This document shows, in pieces, positions 15,571 to 37,189 of a stretch of 64,000 bases of DNA. Source of the DNA: the human T2T-CHM13v2.0 reference genome, Homo sapiens; assembly GCF_009914755.1 (NCBI RefSeq), contig NC_060925.1; one strand, given 5' to 3'. The notes under the pieces were generated by a model that was not told the origin of the DNA, made no database searches, and was given only the letters and a program-made list of their open reading frames with translations. How positions within the stretch are numbered: the first letter of the stretch is position 1; each line of letters begins with the position of its first letter. Position numbers and translations under genes: made by a program.

Positions 15571-15979
15571 CACTTATGCACTCACTATGTGACATTGACT
15601 CATCCACTTCAACATGATTTCTGTTTTCTATTAGTCTTTACTCTTTTTCAGCAAGACATCTGAGAAGCTTAGTATTAACCTATAGAAGAATATCAGAGGC
15701 CCCGAAAGTACCACAATTATTCTGGGGGGGAGTACAGACTGCATTTGCTCCCAGAAACCTAATTCTACCTATGCTTTGAATGCAGGTCTTTAATTTCCTT
15801 GAACTTACCTTACAGAACAAGGTAATTTGATTTAAGACATTAACTATTTTAGATGTTTATGTCTTTTAAAATTAAATTTCAAAGGGATTCAGTCCCTCAA
15901 TTTAATTTCTCCCTAGCAGTTCAACACTGATAAGGAATTTATATTCAAATTTGGGACTCCTCTGTAGAGTTGCTGGATC

Positions 15980-16882
15980 ACTCAGTGTTTAATCAGAGAA
16001 GCAGAACCACTGTGAGAACTACAGAGTAACTGATTTGTTCTAGTAATTAGAACTTAACAAAGAAAGAAGAGAGGACATGTGGTCTGGAATGGAGAGTTAG
16101 AGTATCAGAAAAAAAGTCACTAACCAACTCTTAGTAGGTGGACAAATCAGAATAGGTGGACAAACACTGGAGTAGGTGGACAAATCAGAGCTTGCAGAGA
16201 AATCTGAGAAGCTAGACATGTCCACCTGCCAGAGTGGAATCACAGAAGAGAGGTGCTGAAGAAGTCTGTGGAAGGCTGATATCTCTGTGTCTGTTGGTGC
16301 ATCTGGGGATCTTGGTCACTGGGAATAAGAGTTATAAATGAGGTGAATAGGAATAAGGACAAGCATGAACCTGACAGCATTGCTGAGTCTTTCTTTTTCT
16401 TTTTCTTTTTTTTTTTTTTTTTTTTTTTGAGACAAAGTTTCACTCTTCATTCTCCTGCCTCAGCCTCCTGAGTAGCTGGGATTACAGGCACTCACCACCA
16501 TACCCGGTTAATTTTTTTTTTTTGTATTTTTAGTAGAGACAGGGTTTCACCATGTTGGCCAGGCTGGTCTTGAACTCCTGACCTCAGGTGATCCGTTCGC
16601 CTTGGCCTACCAAAGTGCTGGGATTACAGGCGTGAGCTACCGCGCCCGGCCGAGTCTTTCTTTAACGCTGGAGTAGAGGGCAGGTGCCAACTCAATGGCT
16701 GCATCTGCATCTGTCTGTCCTTGCTTTTAATCACCAGAACCCCCAGAGGATACAGATGCTTCACTTTCACTTTCCAAATCTTATACATATTTCTCTTTTG
16801 GACAATTCTAACTTGAAATTATAGAAGGAAAGAAAATCACAGGAGAAAAGTAATTATGTCATCTTAGCCAAGTTGACACAGT
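15980..16882 (-). mobile_element. Old ERVL-class LTR (MLT2/LTR33-40-like), interrupted by the Alu at 16397-16651
   Basis: TCAGAGAAGCAGAACCAC start and GCCAAGTTGACACA end typical of reversed ERVL LTRs; family uncertain. Confidence 0.45.
16397..16651 (-). mobile_element. AluSq/Sp-like with ~65-70 nt right-arm deletion
   Basis: AGTTTCACTCTT joins directly to CATTCTCCTGCC; TSD GAGTCTTTCTTT at 16385-16396 and 16652-16663. Confidence 0.9.
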
Positions 16883-16883
16883 C

Positions 16884-18430
<1,547 letters not shown>

Positions 18431-18579
18431 TGAGTTTGTTGTTACATAAAGATAAAATTAATGCTAAATGATAGAATATTATTTCTCTAGGGAAGATACC
18501 ATCTCAATAGCTCCTTTTATTGGATAATAGGTAACTTAATTGATTGAAATTTTAGGACAATATTGATTGTTCTTACATA

Positions 18580-18935
18580 TTAGTAATACTACATGCTAGG
18601 TGGCTATAAGGAGAACCTCTAAAATATACCACTTTTAACACAAGATAATTTATTTCACTTCCAATATAAGAGATCGAGCAGATGATTAATGTCTGAAACT
18701 CAAAGCATGTAGTTCCCAGTGTTCATCCCTTCTCTACTTAGTGTTTTGTCTTAATATATGATCAAATATGTCTCACTTCTGAATCTCAGCTTGTGTATGG
18801 AGTTGTCAAACAGGAGAAGAAAGAGAAGGAAGAGTACGAACCTTTCAACAATAAAGACAAAACCAAAAGTTAGTCCCATCTTTGCTCCTATCTCATTCAT
18901 CCAAACCTAATCACATGGTCACATTTCTGGAAGAG
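18580..18935 (-). mobile_element. Old MaLR LTR (MLT1I/J-like)
   Basis: CTCATTCATCCAAACCTAATCACATGGTCACA resembles the MLT1J core. Confidence 0.45.
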
Positions 18936-19469
18936 ATATTACCAGGACTGTCATTTCTTCAGCTTATTATTATCATTATTATTAATTGTATAAGTAGATG
19001 ATGGCTACTGTGCAGGAGATAGCAATTTGTACTGTAAAGCCTAGCCTGGATTGCTGGCTACACCTGTCTTAGAGTGTAAAGGGCCACATTTTTTTTTTGT
19101 ACCCATTCTGTAGGTGATATGGAAACTGGTTCAGAGCTATTGCCATTCCTTCTGATGGATGGTCAAGAAACACATCTCTTCCCATCCAACTGTTGCTCTT
19201 TTTTTTACCTAACAGTGTGTGAGGCAAGGTTATGATGCTTTACTTACAGTCTGTTACACTACCAACTCTACTTAGTTTACTGATTGGTGTTAACATTTAG
19301 ATTTGGGAGCAGTTAATTTTGCTTATTTCAATTTTAAGCTGTGTTCCTCGTTCCAGTCTAACGATAAAAAGATAACTATATGCAATGCGTTAACTTTTAT
19401 GTCTATTTTATTAATTTATTCAGAAGCTAGGAAGAAGAGACATATAATTAAATGCCACTCCAACTCTAA

Positions 19470-19640
19470 CACATATTAATTTATTTGATCTTAAAAACAT
19501 TACAGTGAGATAGGTAAGTCAGTATTGCTATTTTCAAGTAAAAATAAAGAAATTAACATCAGGAGAGTGTAGTCCATCTGCCAAAGTTGTCTGAGCCGGT
19601 TAATAGATGCAAGAATAGACGCTACTCTCTTAATCTCTTT
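19470..19640 (-). mobile_element. MIR fragment
   Basis: ACAGTGAGATAGGTA...ATTTTCA...GAAATTAA...CTGCCAAAGTT resembles reverse MIR core. Confidence 0.4.
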
Positions 19641-19741
19641 GGAGATGAAATCCCATGAGTAATTAACAAAATTTTAATACACTTCATTTAATAGTTAGAT
19701 GAACAAATTTGCTGTTTTGTAGATCCCAAAGATGGACGGAG

Positions 19742-20432
19742 CAGAATGGCCATTATTAAAAAGTAAACAAAAATAATAAATAACAAATGTTGTTGAGGAA
19801 ATGGAAAAAGCGGAAAGCTTATACACTGTTGGCGCAGCCTCTATGGAAGACAGTATGAAATTTTTTCAAAGAACTAAAAATAAAACTACCATTTGACCCA
19901 GCAATCTGACTACTGGATATCTATCCAAAGGAAATAAATCATTATATGAAAAATACATCTGCATTTGTATGTTTATTGCAGCACTATTCAGAGTATCAAA
20001 GTCATGGAATCAACCTAAGTGACTATCGACAAATAATTGGATAAAGAATATGTGGTATATATATACCATGGAATACTCTGCAACCATAAAAATTAATAAA
20101 ATCATGTCTTCTGCAGCAACATAGATGGAGCTGGGGGCTATTATGCTAAGCAAAATAAATCAGAAATTGAAAATCAAATACTGTGTTCTCACTTATAAGT
20201 GGGAGCTAAACAATGAGTGTATATGGACATAAAGATGACAACAATAGACATGTGTGACTCCAAAAGGAGAGGACTGGGAGCGTGGTGAGTATTGAAAAAT
20301 TAACTCCTGGGTACAATATTCACTATCTGAGTTACTGGTACACTAGAATCCCAAACCTCACTATTAAGCAATTTATCTATGTAAAAAAAAAATACACATG
20401 TACCCTGTTAATCTGTAATTAAAAAAAGAATA
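19742..20432 (+). mobile_element. L1 3' end (L1PB3/4-L1MA1-like)
   Basis: CAGAATGGCCATTATTAAAAAG, CTCACTTATAAGTGGGAGCTAAAC, GGGTACAATATTCACTAT...TACACTAGAA, A tail. Confidence 0.88.
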
Positions 20433-20604
20433 AAGCCTAATGTAGAGCATATTCTAGACTTTACATAGTATCAAAACACGCACACTCTGCGAAATGCTTA
20501 CACAGTTTTACTTAATTTCTTATTTACTCAAAAAATATAGATAAGAAATATATATGAAAGCATAACAACTTCTTTATGAGACAAAATAACAATGATTCGT
20601 GCTT

Positions 20605-20830
20605 CTGCAAGGAAAGAATATGACTTTGGAGTTAGATGCTCTTGGCTTTAACCCTTAGATCATATATTTTTATATATCAACTTTGGATAAGCCACTGAAA
20701 CTCTCTAAACTTCTGTTTTCTATTCCAAGTGGGTGTGATGATCTTGATTCATAAGATTATCAGGAGGATTAAGTAAGGGATTACTTGAAAGCACCTATTC
20801 CACTACTTTACATATCACAACACTGAATAT
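20605..20830 (+). mobile_element. MIR
   Basis: GACTTTGGAGTTAGA...CTTTGGATAAGCCACT...CTCTCTAAACTTCTGTTTTC...GAGGATTAAGTAAG. Confidence 0.65.
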
Positions 20831-22271
20831 AGTTTAGTTTCATTCTAATCATATACATTCAAAGCAAAGTTGAATAGAATTAGGTTAAAACTTGTTCGCT
20901 TTATTTTACAATATCAAATCCTTATATTTAAGTAAAAAAATGTATGTGCATAATTTATTTGTTTCTAATCACTTCCCAATAGTGGTTCAGTAAGTTTTTG
21001 ATGAAGAAGAACTTGACTGTCTTAAATCAAAACACTTAAAAATATAGGTTTAATAATGTAAATAACCTGAAGACATTGCTAAATTAATTAGAAAAAATTA
21101 GGAATATATGATTTGAGGTTCATATAAAAGAGAAGACACATCATTTTCATAACATTTCTCTTGAAGTTGCTTTTAAAAATAGATTGCATATCTAATATAG
21201 TTTACTAATTCTTACACTGTTATCTTTAATTTGACAAAGCTAATGTTACTGTTTTGGTGAGCTAACATTAAATAGTAAGAGTCTGGTGATGTCTGAACTT
21301 CCTTCAAGGGTTAAAATAATCCATATTTTCTTGTAAGTTGCTGCAAAGATTATTAAGAAAAGGTTTTCTGGGTGTTTTTGTCCCCATCTTTTTTTTTTTC
21401 AAACCACAGCAATTAAAAAAAAAAAATTCAATACTATGCACAAATCATTCCTATTTGATGTTGAAAGAGATGATCCCATTAAGATGATTATCACTTTCAA
21501 TAACATTTTATTTGACAGTCTATGATAGATTTCCTATGAGTGGCTAATCTTCAATTCCTTCCATGTCTAACTTCTAAGATATTGAAGTTCCGTTGTTTCC
21601 TTCAAAATGAATCAAAGTATTTTATATTATTCTTTACTCATCAGGGTACAATAGCAAACATCTTTTATGCTGTGCAAAAAAATCTGTGCTTTAATTTATT
21701 ATAAAAAAAGTCTGTAGTGAAATGTACGGGAGAAGAATGTATCCATAAGATCCAGATTTCTGGGGGAAAAAAAGCTTTTAGAGAAATTTCTGTTGGTTGA
21801 AGGAAGATTAACTCTAGGTGGAAGAACAGGTAAAAGGAGATCAGCAATGTTATGGTAATGACAGGAGGAAACGGGGGTTGGGGAAGAGGGACAGATTAAA
21901 GAACACAGAGGCAGAAAACGTAGTTAAGTAAAATGCCTGGCTAAGTAAGAACATCTCTTTGGTAGAAGGGAACTTATCTTGTGACTTCTTAGAGTTCATA
22001 ACTTTAGAGAAATGAAGAGAATAAAAAATTCAGAAATTAAAATGAAATTATAATATAAGGTGGTGCCAAACTTAATCATCATAAATCATAATGTCATTTG
22101 GTACCTTCTAAGGATATGCAATGATATATGACTATAAATCGTCAATTTATAATTTAAAATACTTTTTTTAGAAAGAAACATAATGTTTTAGAGAGTTGAT
22201 GAATGAAACTGATAGTATAATAATTTAGTAAGCACAGCCTAAGATTAGCTTATTCCATTTGGATCTCCATA

Positions 22272-24547
22272 TGTATTAGTCCATTTTCATGCTGCTGAAA
22301 AAGACATACCCAAGACTGGGAAGAAGAAGAGGTTTAATGGACTTACAGTTCCACATGGCAGGGGAGGCCTCACAATCATGATGGAGGACAAGGAGGAGCA
22401 AGTCACATCTTACATAGATGGCAGCAGACAAACAAACAGCTTGTGCAGGGAAACTCCCATTTTTAAAACCATCAGATCTCATGAGACTCATTCACTATCA
22501 GAAGAAAAGTGTGGGAAAGCCCTGTCCCTATAATTTAATCACCTCCCACCAGGTTCCTTGCACAACACATGGGAATTGTGGGAGTTACAATTCAAGATGA
22601 GATTTGGGTGGGGACACAGCCTATCATTCAGCCCCTGGCCCCTCCAAATCTCATGTCCTCACATTCCAAAACCAAATATGCCTTCCCAACAGTCTCCCAA
22701 GTCTTAACTCATTTTAGCATTAACTCAAATTTCCACAGTCCAATGTCTCATCTGAGACTAGGCAAGCCCCTATCACCTATGAATCTGTAAAATCAAAAGC
22801 AAGTTAATCACTTCCTAGATACAATGGGGGTACAGGCATTGAGTAAATCCAGCTGTTCCAAATGGGAGAAATTGGCCAAAACAAAGGGGTTACAGGCCCC
22901 ATGAAAGCCCAAAATCCAGCAGAACGGTCAAATCTTAAAGCTCCAAAATGATCTCCTTTGACTCCATGTTTCTTATCCAGGTCATGCTGACACAAGAGGT
23001 GGGTTTCCATGGTCTTGAGCAGCTCTGTTCCTGTGGCTTTGCATGAGTACAGCCTCCTCCTGGCTGCTTTCATGGGATGGTGTTGAGTGTCTGCAGCTTT
23101 TCCAGGTGCACAGTGCAGCTTGTAGGTGGACCTACAATTCTGGGGCCTGGAGAATGATGGCCCCCTTCTCACTACTCCACTAGGCAGTGCACCAGTAGGG
23201 ACTCTGTGTGGGGGCTCCAACCCCACATTTTCCTTCTGCATTGGTCTAGCAGAGATTCTCCATGAGGGCCCCACCCCTACACCAAACTTCTGCCCAGGCA
23301 TCCAGGCGTTTCCATACATATTCTGTAATCTAGGAGGAAGTTCCCAAACCCCAATTATTGACTTCTGTGTGCTCACAGGCTCAACACCACATGAAAGCTG
23401 CCGAGGTTTGGGGCTTGCACCCTCTGAAGCCAGTACCTGAGCTCTACATTGGCCTCTTTAATCCACAACTGGAGCAGCTGGGATGCAAGGCACCAAGTCC
23501 CTACAATGCACACAGCTGAGGAGGGACCCTGGGCCTGGCACATGAAACTTTTTTTTTTCTCCTAGGCCTCAGGGCCTGTGATGGGAGGGGCTGCTGCAAA
23601 AGACTCTGACATGCTCTGGAAAAATTTTCCCCATTCTCTTGGGGATTAACATTCAGTTCTTGTTTACTTATGCAAATTTCTGCAGCCAGCGTGAATTTCT
23701 CCTCAGAAAATGGGTTTTTCTGTTCTTTCACATTATCAGGCTGCAAATTTTTCAAACATTTTTGCTCTCTTTCCCTTTTAAAACTGAATGCCTTTAACAG
23801 CACTCAAGTCAACTTTTGAATATTTTGCTGCATAGAAATTTCTCCCACCAGATATGCTAAATCATCTCTCTCAATTTCAAAGTTCCACATATCTCTAGGG
23901 CAGGGGCAAAATGCTGCCAATCTCTTTGCTAAAACATAACAAGTGTCACATTTGCTCCAGTTCCCAACAAGCTCCTTATTTCCATCTGGGACCACCTCAG
24001 CCTGGACTTTATTGTTCATATTACTATCAGCATTTTGGGCAAAGCTATTCAACAAGTCTCTAGGAAGTTTCAAACTTTCCCACATTTTCCTGTCGTCTTC
24101 TGACCCCTCCAAACTTTCAGCCTCTGCCTGTTACCCAGTTCCAGGTATCTTTTCAGCAACACCCCACTCTTTAGGTACCAATTTACTGTATTAGTTCGTT
24201 TTCATGCTGCTGATGAAAATGTACCTGAGACTGGGAAGAAAAAGAGGTTTAATGAACTAAAGCTCCGCATGGCTGGGGAGGCCTCACAATCATGACATAA
24301 GGCAAGGAGGATCAAGTTACGTCTTACGTGGAAGGCAGCAGGGAAAAAAAAAGAGCTTGTGCAAGGAAACTCCCATTTTTTAAACTATCAGATCTCATGA
24401 GACTCATTCACTATTACGAGAACAGCACAGGAAAGACCCATCACCATAATTCAATCACCCATCACCAGATTCCTCCTGTGATATGTGAAATTGTGCGAGT
24501 TACAATTGAAGATGAGATTTGGGTAGGGACATAGCCAAACGATACCA
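22272..24547 (-). mobile_element. Complete THE1 (THE1A-like) MaLR provirus: LTRs 22272-22626 and 24187-24547, internal 22627-24186
   Basis: Two homologous LTRs (TGTATTAGT...TATCA/TACCA); 5-bp TSD CCATA at 22267-22271 and 24548-24552; degenerate MaLR internal ORF (KMWESLKLPRDLLN, LELPPRLQNMYGNAWM-like peptide). Confidence 0.95.
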
Positions 24548-24552
24548 CCATA

Positions 24553-24865
24553 TCTTTTTCTTTCTTTCTTATTTATTGATTGATTTATTTTTAAGACCGG
24601 GTCTTTCTCTGTCATCCAGACTGGCGGGATCACAGCTCACTGCAGCCTTGGCCTCCCAGGCTCAAGGAGTCCTCCCACCTCAGCTTTCCTGAGTAGCTGG
24701 GACTACAGGTTTGCACCATGATGCCTGGCTACTTTTTGTATTTTTTGTAGAGAAGGGGTTTTGCCATGTTTCCCAGGCTAGTCTTAAACTCTTGGGCTCA
24801 AGTAATCTGCCTATCTTGGCCTCCCAAAGTGCTGGGATGAAAGGTGTGAGCCACCGTGCCCAGCC
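24553..24865 (-). mobile_element. AluJ
   Basis: CCTCCCACCTCAGC and GGGCTCAAG J diagnostics; 10-nt deletion at CTGG^CGGGAT. Confidence 0.92.
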
Positions 24866-25955
24866 TCCATATCTTCTTGATTATCTTCCTCAGTTATCGT
24901 GGCCATTAAATGAAGTAACCTGAATCTCTGACTCAGAATTTGGATAGCTGAATCCAATATATATAAATATGTATATATATATATATTTTTTTTTTTAATT
25001 AAAAGTATTCACATTGCTCTCACTAAAATATCAGCCAAAGCAAGAAGGGTTTTGCACTGTAAATAAATATTTTAAATGCCTAATATTTCATTTTTAACTA
25101 ATGCTTTAATATTTTCTATTTCCAAGTGTTTTATCATATACAATATATTAATATAATAGCACATGCATTTAACTTAAAATCAGTACTACTGGAAGTTTGC
25201 CATGAAAATTTTAAGTTGAAACTATAGTCATATTGAAGTCAACTAAGCAAACAAAGTTCCTATGTTGTGTTTAAAGATTCAAAAAGAGAGAAGTTGATAG
25301 AAAACAAGAATATATATGTCACATTAAAGGTATATTCAGGTGAATAATCAGCATGGAAAGATTTGATGGGAGTAGTTCAGTAAAAATATTGTGACACTTG
25401 AATCTATTAGAAATTAGAAATAAAATATAATTAAACACATTTGATATACAAATGTGACTGTATTTAGATCAAATAGAATGATATAAATGTACCCTGATTT
25501 AATGGGAAACAAAGATATCAGGAAAAAGAACAAAAGGAAAAATCTAGAAATACATTTCTAAGTACATGTAAGTATATCACTGTTAAACAGTATTTATAAC
25601 AGCAGACATTGATCCTTGGGGAAACAATTCAGTTCAGCCTTTGTTGAAAAAATGAAATTGGGTGTGTGGAAACAAAGCAGAATATTACGAAATGGAACAA
25701 ATTACGTATTTCAAAAGAACAGCATATTCAACTTGAGAAATAAATCAAATGCTTCTGTGGCTGAAAGCCTTTCAAAAGAATTCTTAAATAATTAATACTG
25801 GTATATTGACAGGAAAGCCTATGAAAGTTACCTGTCTTTCGAGAGTTATGTACCCATTGCTCTCATTGGAATGAGAAATACTGCTCAGGTAATGTTTCTA
25901 ATATGCTGAAATGCTTGTGCAATACAAAAATGAATTCATTTTATCTCAGGAAAGC

Positions 25956-26095
25956 CATTCATTCATTCATGATCCATTAATTTATCCATTCATTTATTTG
26001 TGCATTTTTGAACATCTATTAAGTGTCTGGCACTGTGTTAAGCACTTTGGAAGGGAAAGATGAAGAGATGATGCCCTCCTTCTGAGAATAGTGGC
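25956..26095 (-). mobile_element. L2 3' end
   Basis: (ATTC)n followed by TGAACATCTATTAAGTGTCTGGCACTGTGTTAAGCACT. Confidence 0.7.
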
Positions 26096-26294
26096 ATTAA
26101 TTATGAGGGTGGCAAACACACTTGAATAAAATGTAAACATTGCTTAGACACAGTAAATAGTTTTACTTTTAGGCTTTATATAAATGGTACAGATTATGCA
26201 AAGCCCTTACTAATTTTCGATTTATACACTAAGAATGAGTAATACAAATTTTATTGAGTATTATAATTTATTCTACAACTTAAGAATATTAATC

Positions 26295-26795
<501 letters not shown>

Positions 26796-27124
26796 TTTTT
26801 TATTTTCTTTTTAAAGGCAGGGTCTTACTCTGTTGCCCAGGCTGGAGTGCAGGGGATGATCATAGCTTACTGTAGCCTGGTACTCCTGGGCTAAAGAGAC
26901 CCTCCTACATCAATCTCCTTTGTAGCTGGACATGTGCCACCACACCCAGCTAGTCGACACATGCTACCATGCACAGCTAATTAAAACAATTTTTTTTTTT
27001 TTTTGAGGAGACAATATCTCACTTTCTTGTCCTGGCTGTTCTTGAACTCTTGGCCTCAAACAATCCTCCTGCCTTGGCCTCCCAAAGTTCTGGGATTACT
27101 AGTGTGAGCCACCTAAGCCTGGCC
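26796..27124 (-). mobile_element. AluJ (Jo/Jr-like) with internal ~23-nt duplication near 26929-26980
   Basis: GATCATAGCTTACTGTAGCC, GGCCTCAAACAATCCTCCT; ACATGTGCCACCACACCCAGCTA repeated degenerately. Confidence 0.88.
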
Positions 27125-28041
27125 AAATAAATTTTTAATAATAAAAGACATCCCAATAAACATAATACTTAATCCTAAAAAAATAAAATAAATGTTTTGC
27201 AAAAATTTAAAAGAGTATAAAGTTTAAAGTTTAATGATAAGATGCAGAAAATAAACATGAAAATTGAGTGTACCCATCACATTTAAATTGCATGTCCTCT
27301 CTTGAGAGCCAGTTATCCAGGTATGTTTTTTTAGCTTTACTAGGGGGAAGAACTTTTCAGGGTTCCATATTCAGTGACTACATTTTGCCTATCCATGCTA
27401 TTAGATTAGACTGCACTATGGCAAGTTTTTGCAGTGACCCTGTTATTTTCCTGAATAAAGGCTGAATGATGGAGGAACAACACAAAGACTGCACTGAAAA
27501 TGGTCAATTCGCAGTGAAATTTTTTAAAAGAGGATAAAAACATATAAACAACAAATGAAAATGTGTATCACGTAGTGCATTGCTCCAGTTAAAGGATATA
27601 TTTGTTTTACTGTATTATAATACTTACATTAAATATGACAATTGCTTTATATAAATACATACTACTAAAATATTTAAAGCAAATATATTAAAAATATATT
27701 GGGTTTTGGTTTAATTTACTCAGGGAATTTCCAGGAGGCTTGAAGAATATACCATTAAATTCATGCCTATAGCACAAACACACACGTACAAACATAAATA
27801 CAGGCATGTTCATAATGTTGACATAGAAAGAATTTCGAATTGACAAGAGTAAAGTTTATCCTCATTTCCTTGAGAAAAACCAGTGTGCAAATTTGATTTA
27901 TTGTGCCCAACATATGAATTGCAATTTATCTTCCCAAGCTTATGTAAACGTTCATTCACTATGACTCAGCAACATTTTTTACTTTTAATGAATAAATTAA
28001 AGCTGTTGAAATTAAAGTAAAACTTGTTTTAAAAAATTCAG

Positions 28042-28088
28042 ATATGTATATATATGTGTGTGTGTGTGTGTCTGTGTGTGTGTGTATA
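28042..28088. repeat. (TA)n(TG)n microsatellite
   Basis: Direct reading. Confidence 0.9.
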
Positions 28089-28588
28089 GTTGTGTGTTTG
28101 CAGTTGTTTCAAGCAAAATATTGAAATGCAGAAGCAAAGACCACAACTGTACTGTTCTCTTCAAATAAAATTCTGAGGAGGCACACTTTTGGAGACAAAA
28201 AGTAATTTAATGGTTATATGAAGCTTGTGATGGAACAGATAAGTCCTGCTTTTGCAACTTTATTGCACAGACTTTGCAATTCCCATTTTGTTTTGGCCCT
28301 AGCTTTATCCTTCTGTCTTCTTTAACTACAGACTTAGTCTGTGACAGTCTAACTAAGTGGAAATCTTAGTGTACATACACATACTCATACATATGCACAG
28401 TATTCTTATAAAATGAGCAACTTACGTGTGGCTGGATTTTTTTTATTTGCAAATATAGCTTAGCAATAAATTACATATAAATTTACCTTATATTAAATTT
28501 AAAAATCACAAGCTGTTTCTTGATTTAATTATGGACATTTATGTCAGTGCTTTTGAACTTTTGCTGCAAACTAAAATTACTTAGGGAA

Positions 28589-34643
<6,055 letters not shown>

Positions 34644-34790
34644 TACTTAGGGAATTTTTAAAATTACAATTTCTAGTCTCCTATGAAGACCAATTAAATC
34701 AATATCTCTGTTTGGGGGAAGGCAAACTAAAAAATTATTATAATTTAAAAGGCGTTCAAATAATTTCAATTTGCAGGTAAGGATGAAAAT
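34644..34790. mobile_element. MER5-type hAT MITE, right part (left part 28546-28588, split by the full-length L1)
   Basis: CAGTGCTTTTGAACTTTTGCTGCA..AATTACTTAGGGAA | ...AGACCAATTAAATCAATATCTCTG...TTTGCAG. Confidence 0.6.
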
Positions 34791-35235
34791 TTAGGGGTCC
34801 ATTTTTATTGCTAGTGTTTCATCACAAATAATGCTGCTATAATCATCCAAATTCTCTTACTTTTGAAAAATTATTTGAAATGTTTTTATAATATATACTT
34901 AAAAATGAATTGCTGGAATAAATGTTATGCCTTATTTAAATATCTGTTTATATTGCCTAGTTGTCCTTCAAAGGCTTTTCAACTAACTATTATGTAATAC
35001 GGTCCCATATTTCTCCACACATACTGAATATTTTGAGTATTAGATAACCATATTTTAAAAAATTAACATGTAAACCCTTATTATTGTTTTTTATACATAA
35101 ATGCAAGAATCTGTGTCATACAGAATCCAAAGTTTAGAATTTACTATTTATCTATACCTACATTTCATAATTAAGTCCAAAAAATTATAATTCCTCACTA
35201 TTTTGAATATGTTTTCATATTCAATATGAAGCCAA

Positions 35236-35971
35236 TGTATTAGTCAGGGTTCTCCAGTGAAACAGAACCAATAAATATATGCATATCTTACTGGGGATAC
35301 ACACACACACACACACACACAAATATATGTTTGTACCCACTTATGTGCATGTACATATATGTAGGGGCAAATCTTGTAAGTTCTGGTCAATCTGTAAGCA
35401 AATCTGTAAGCATCTTTTTTTGGTTTTTGCATGCTTAATAAGTTATTAAGATATAGATGTCAGGGTTCAACATCATTTTCTGTAATATATTACTTACCTT
35501 AGATATTAGTGTTATCTATTGTTTTTCTGCTGTAATGGAATATATGATAAATATATATTATCCATATATGATTATATATATTATACATATGGATGATAAG
35601 GGGAAAATTTTATAGGCATTGACTCACATGATTATGAGAAGTTACAATATGCCATCTGCCAAAAACCTAAGAAGGGCTTGTTGGTAGGAGTGCTGCTGGT
35701 ATAAGTAGCAGAGCTCTAAGACGATGGATGTCCAAGTTCAGGAAGCAGAGAGTGAATTTAGCCCTTCACTACCCCTTTTTTTTTTTTCTAGGCCCTCAGT
35801 GAGTGAGATGATTCTGCACCCACATTGGTGGGTCTTTGTTACCCAGCATACTGATTAATATGCTAATCTCTTCTGAAAATACCCTTCCAAAGACACTCAG
35901 AAATAATGTCTTACCAGCTATCTGGGCAACCTTTAACCCAGTCAAACTGATACATAATATTGACCATCACA
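35236..35971 (-). mobile_element. MLT2 (ERVL) solo LTR with internal (CA)/(TA) tracts
   Basis: TGTATTAGTCAGGGTTCTCCAGTGAAACAGAACCAATA ... CAGTCAAACTGATACATAATATTGACCATCACA. Confidence 0.88.
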
Positions 35972-37189
35972 GTCAGTGTCTCTACATTCTAATTAATATT
36001 ATAAGAGATTTATGGTTGTACCATTTCCTTTGTTGTTGCCAGTCTGTTTCATTTTAGCTATTCGGGAATCTGTGTTGTGACTCTAAGGGTAATGTGAAAC
36101 ATTTCCTTAAATAATCAAATAACTTTTTGTGCAAGTTCAAAGCTTTTTGTTTTTGTGTTTTAGTAGGACAACACTCTCCTACATTGTCTGTATTTCTAAG
36201 GGTTTCTAATCTGTTCCACATTCCAGTAATCACTCCCACCGTTTATTACAGATATATTCTTCATTTCAGCTTTAGTTAGTTTGCTTTCTCACCCTTATAC
36301 CTCTCTTTTGTGCTTAAAGAAAATTACACTGAGGACCTTGGCTTTTAAGTTAAAAAATATCACTTACCTGATCTTCATACTGAGTAATTTTATTCAAATG
36401 AAATAATTTTCTTAGTGGCACTCTTAGTATATATTTATCTAATGCAGTGTAAACAGTAGAAACATTTAATTCAGATTAATTTACTTAAAGTCTTTCTCAA
36501 TTTGTTTCAGAATGTAAATATTCCCTCTTCCAATCTTGCTTCCAAAGATACTAATACATATATACTACCAAATTCCTACTATCCAACCTCCTCCTCTAAA
36601 TTCATATATGATGCATGATATGCAAGCAAGTTTCAGTTATTGGTTAGTTGTTACATAACATAGATCAATGTATTTCCAGCCTTTCTAATATCACTTTTGC
36701 CTAGGAACAAGTGATTTCTTGTTCATGTAATATACCATGTATCATCAGAAGAAGTTCTGCTCCATAGTCACTTGTCAGCCCTGCCTGAAAAAAGATATAG
36801 CTAACATATTAAGTCTCCTTAGTAATCAAGGAAGGAAAGAGAGCAACTGGAATATGAAAAAATTTCGAAGCTATGAACTTGGGTATTTTAAAGGGTGCTC
36901 TGAGGTGATCATCTTAAATTTAAAAAAAAGTTTCCCCAAGTATTTACATGGAGAACCTTGTATGAAATAGGCACCCAAGTTTTTCATTGTGTTAAAATTA
37001 TTAACTTGATGCTTAAAATAAAAGACTATCCTCACTGATTTCATATAACTAATATCTAATTATGTGTGTATGGCTTGTAGGGGTATTTTAGTACGGCATA
37101 ATTGTTTAATAGCAAAAAAACATGAATAGGCATTTAGTCTGAACCAAGGTCAGGTTAATGCAATTTTTGAAAGTAATATGATACTAAAA

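Noticed and set aside
15790-15828. Possible 6-nt microexon CTTACAG|AACAAG|GTAATT overlapping a minus-strand donor
   Set aside because: Too short to distinguish from chance without a host gene or conservation data.
22804-24112. 190-, 100- and 102-aa minus-strand ORFs
   Set aside because: Broken pieces of the THE1 internal region, not a host gene.
25620-25700. Cluster of SOX-like AACAAT/AACAAAG/CTTTGTT words
   Set aside because: Expected frequently in AT-rich DNA; no independent support.
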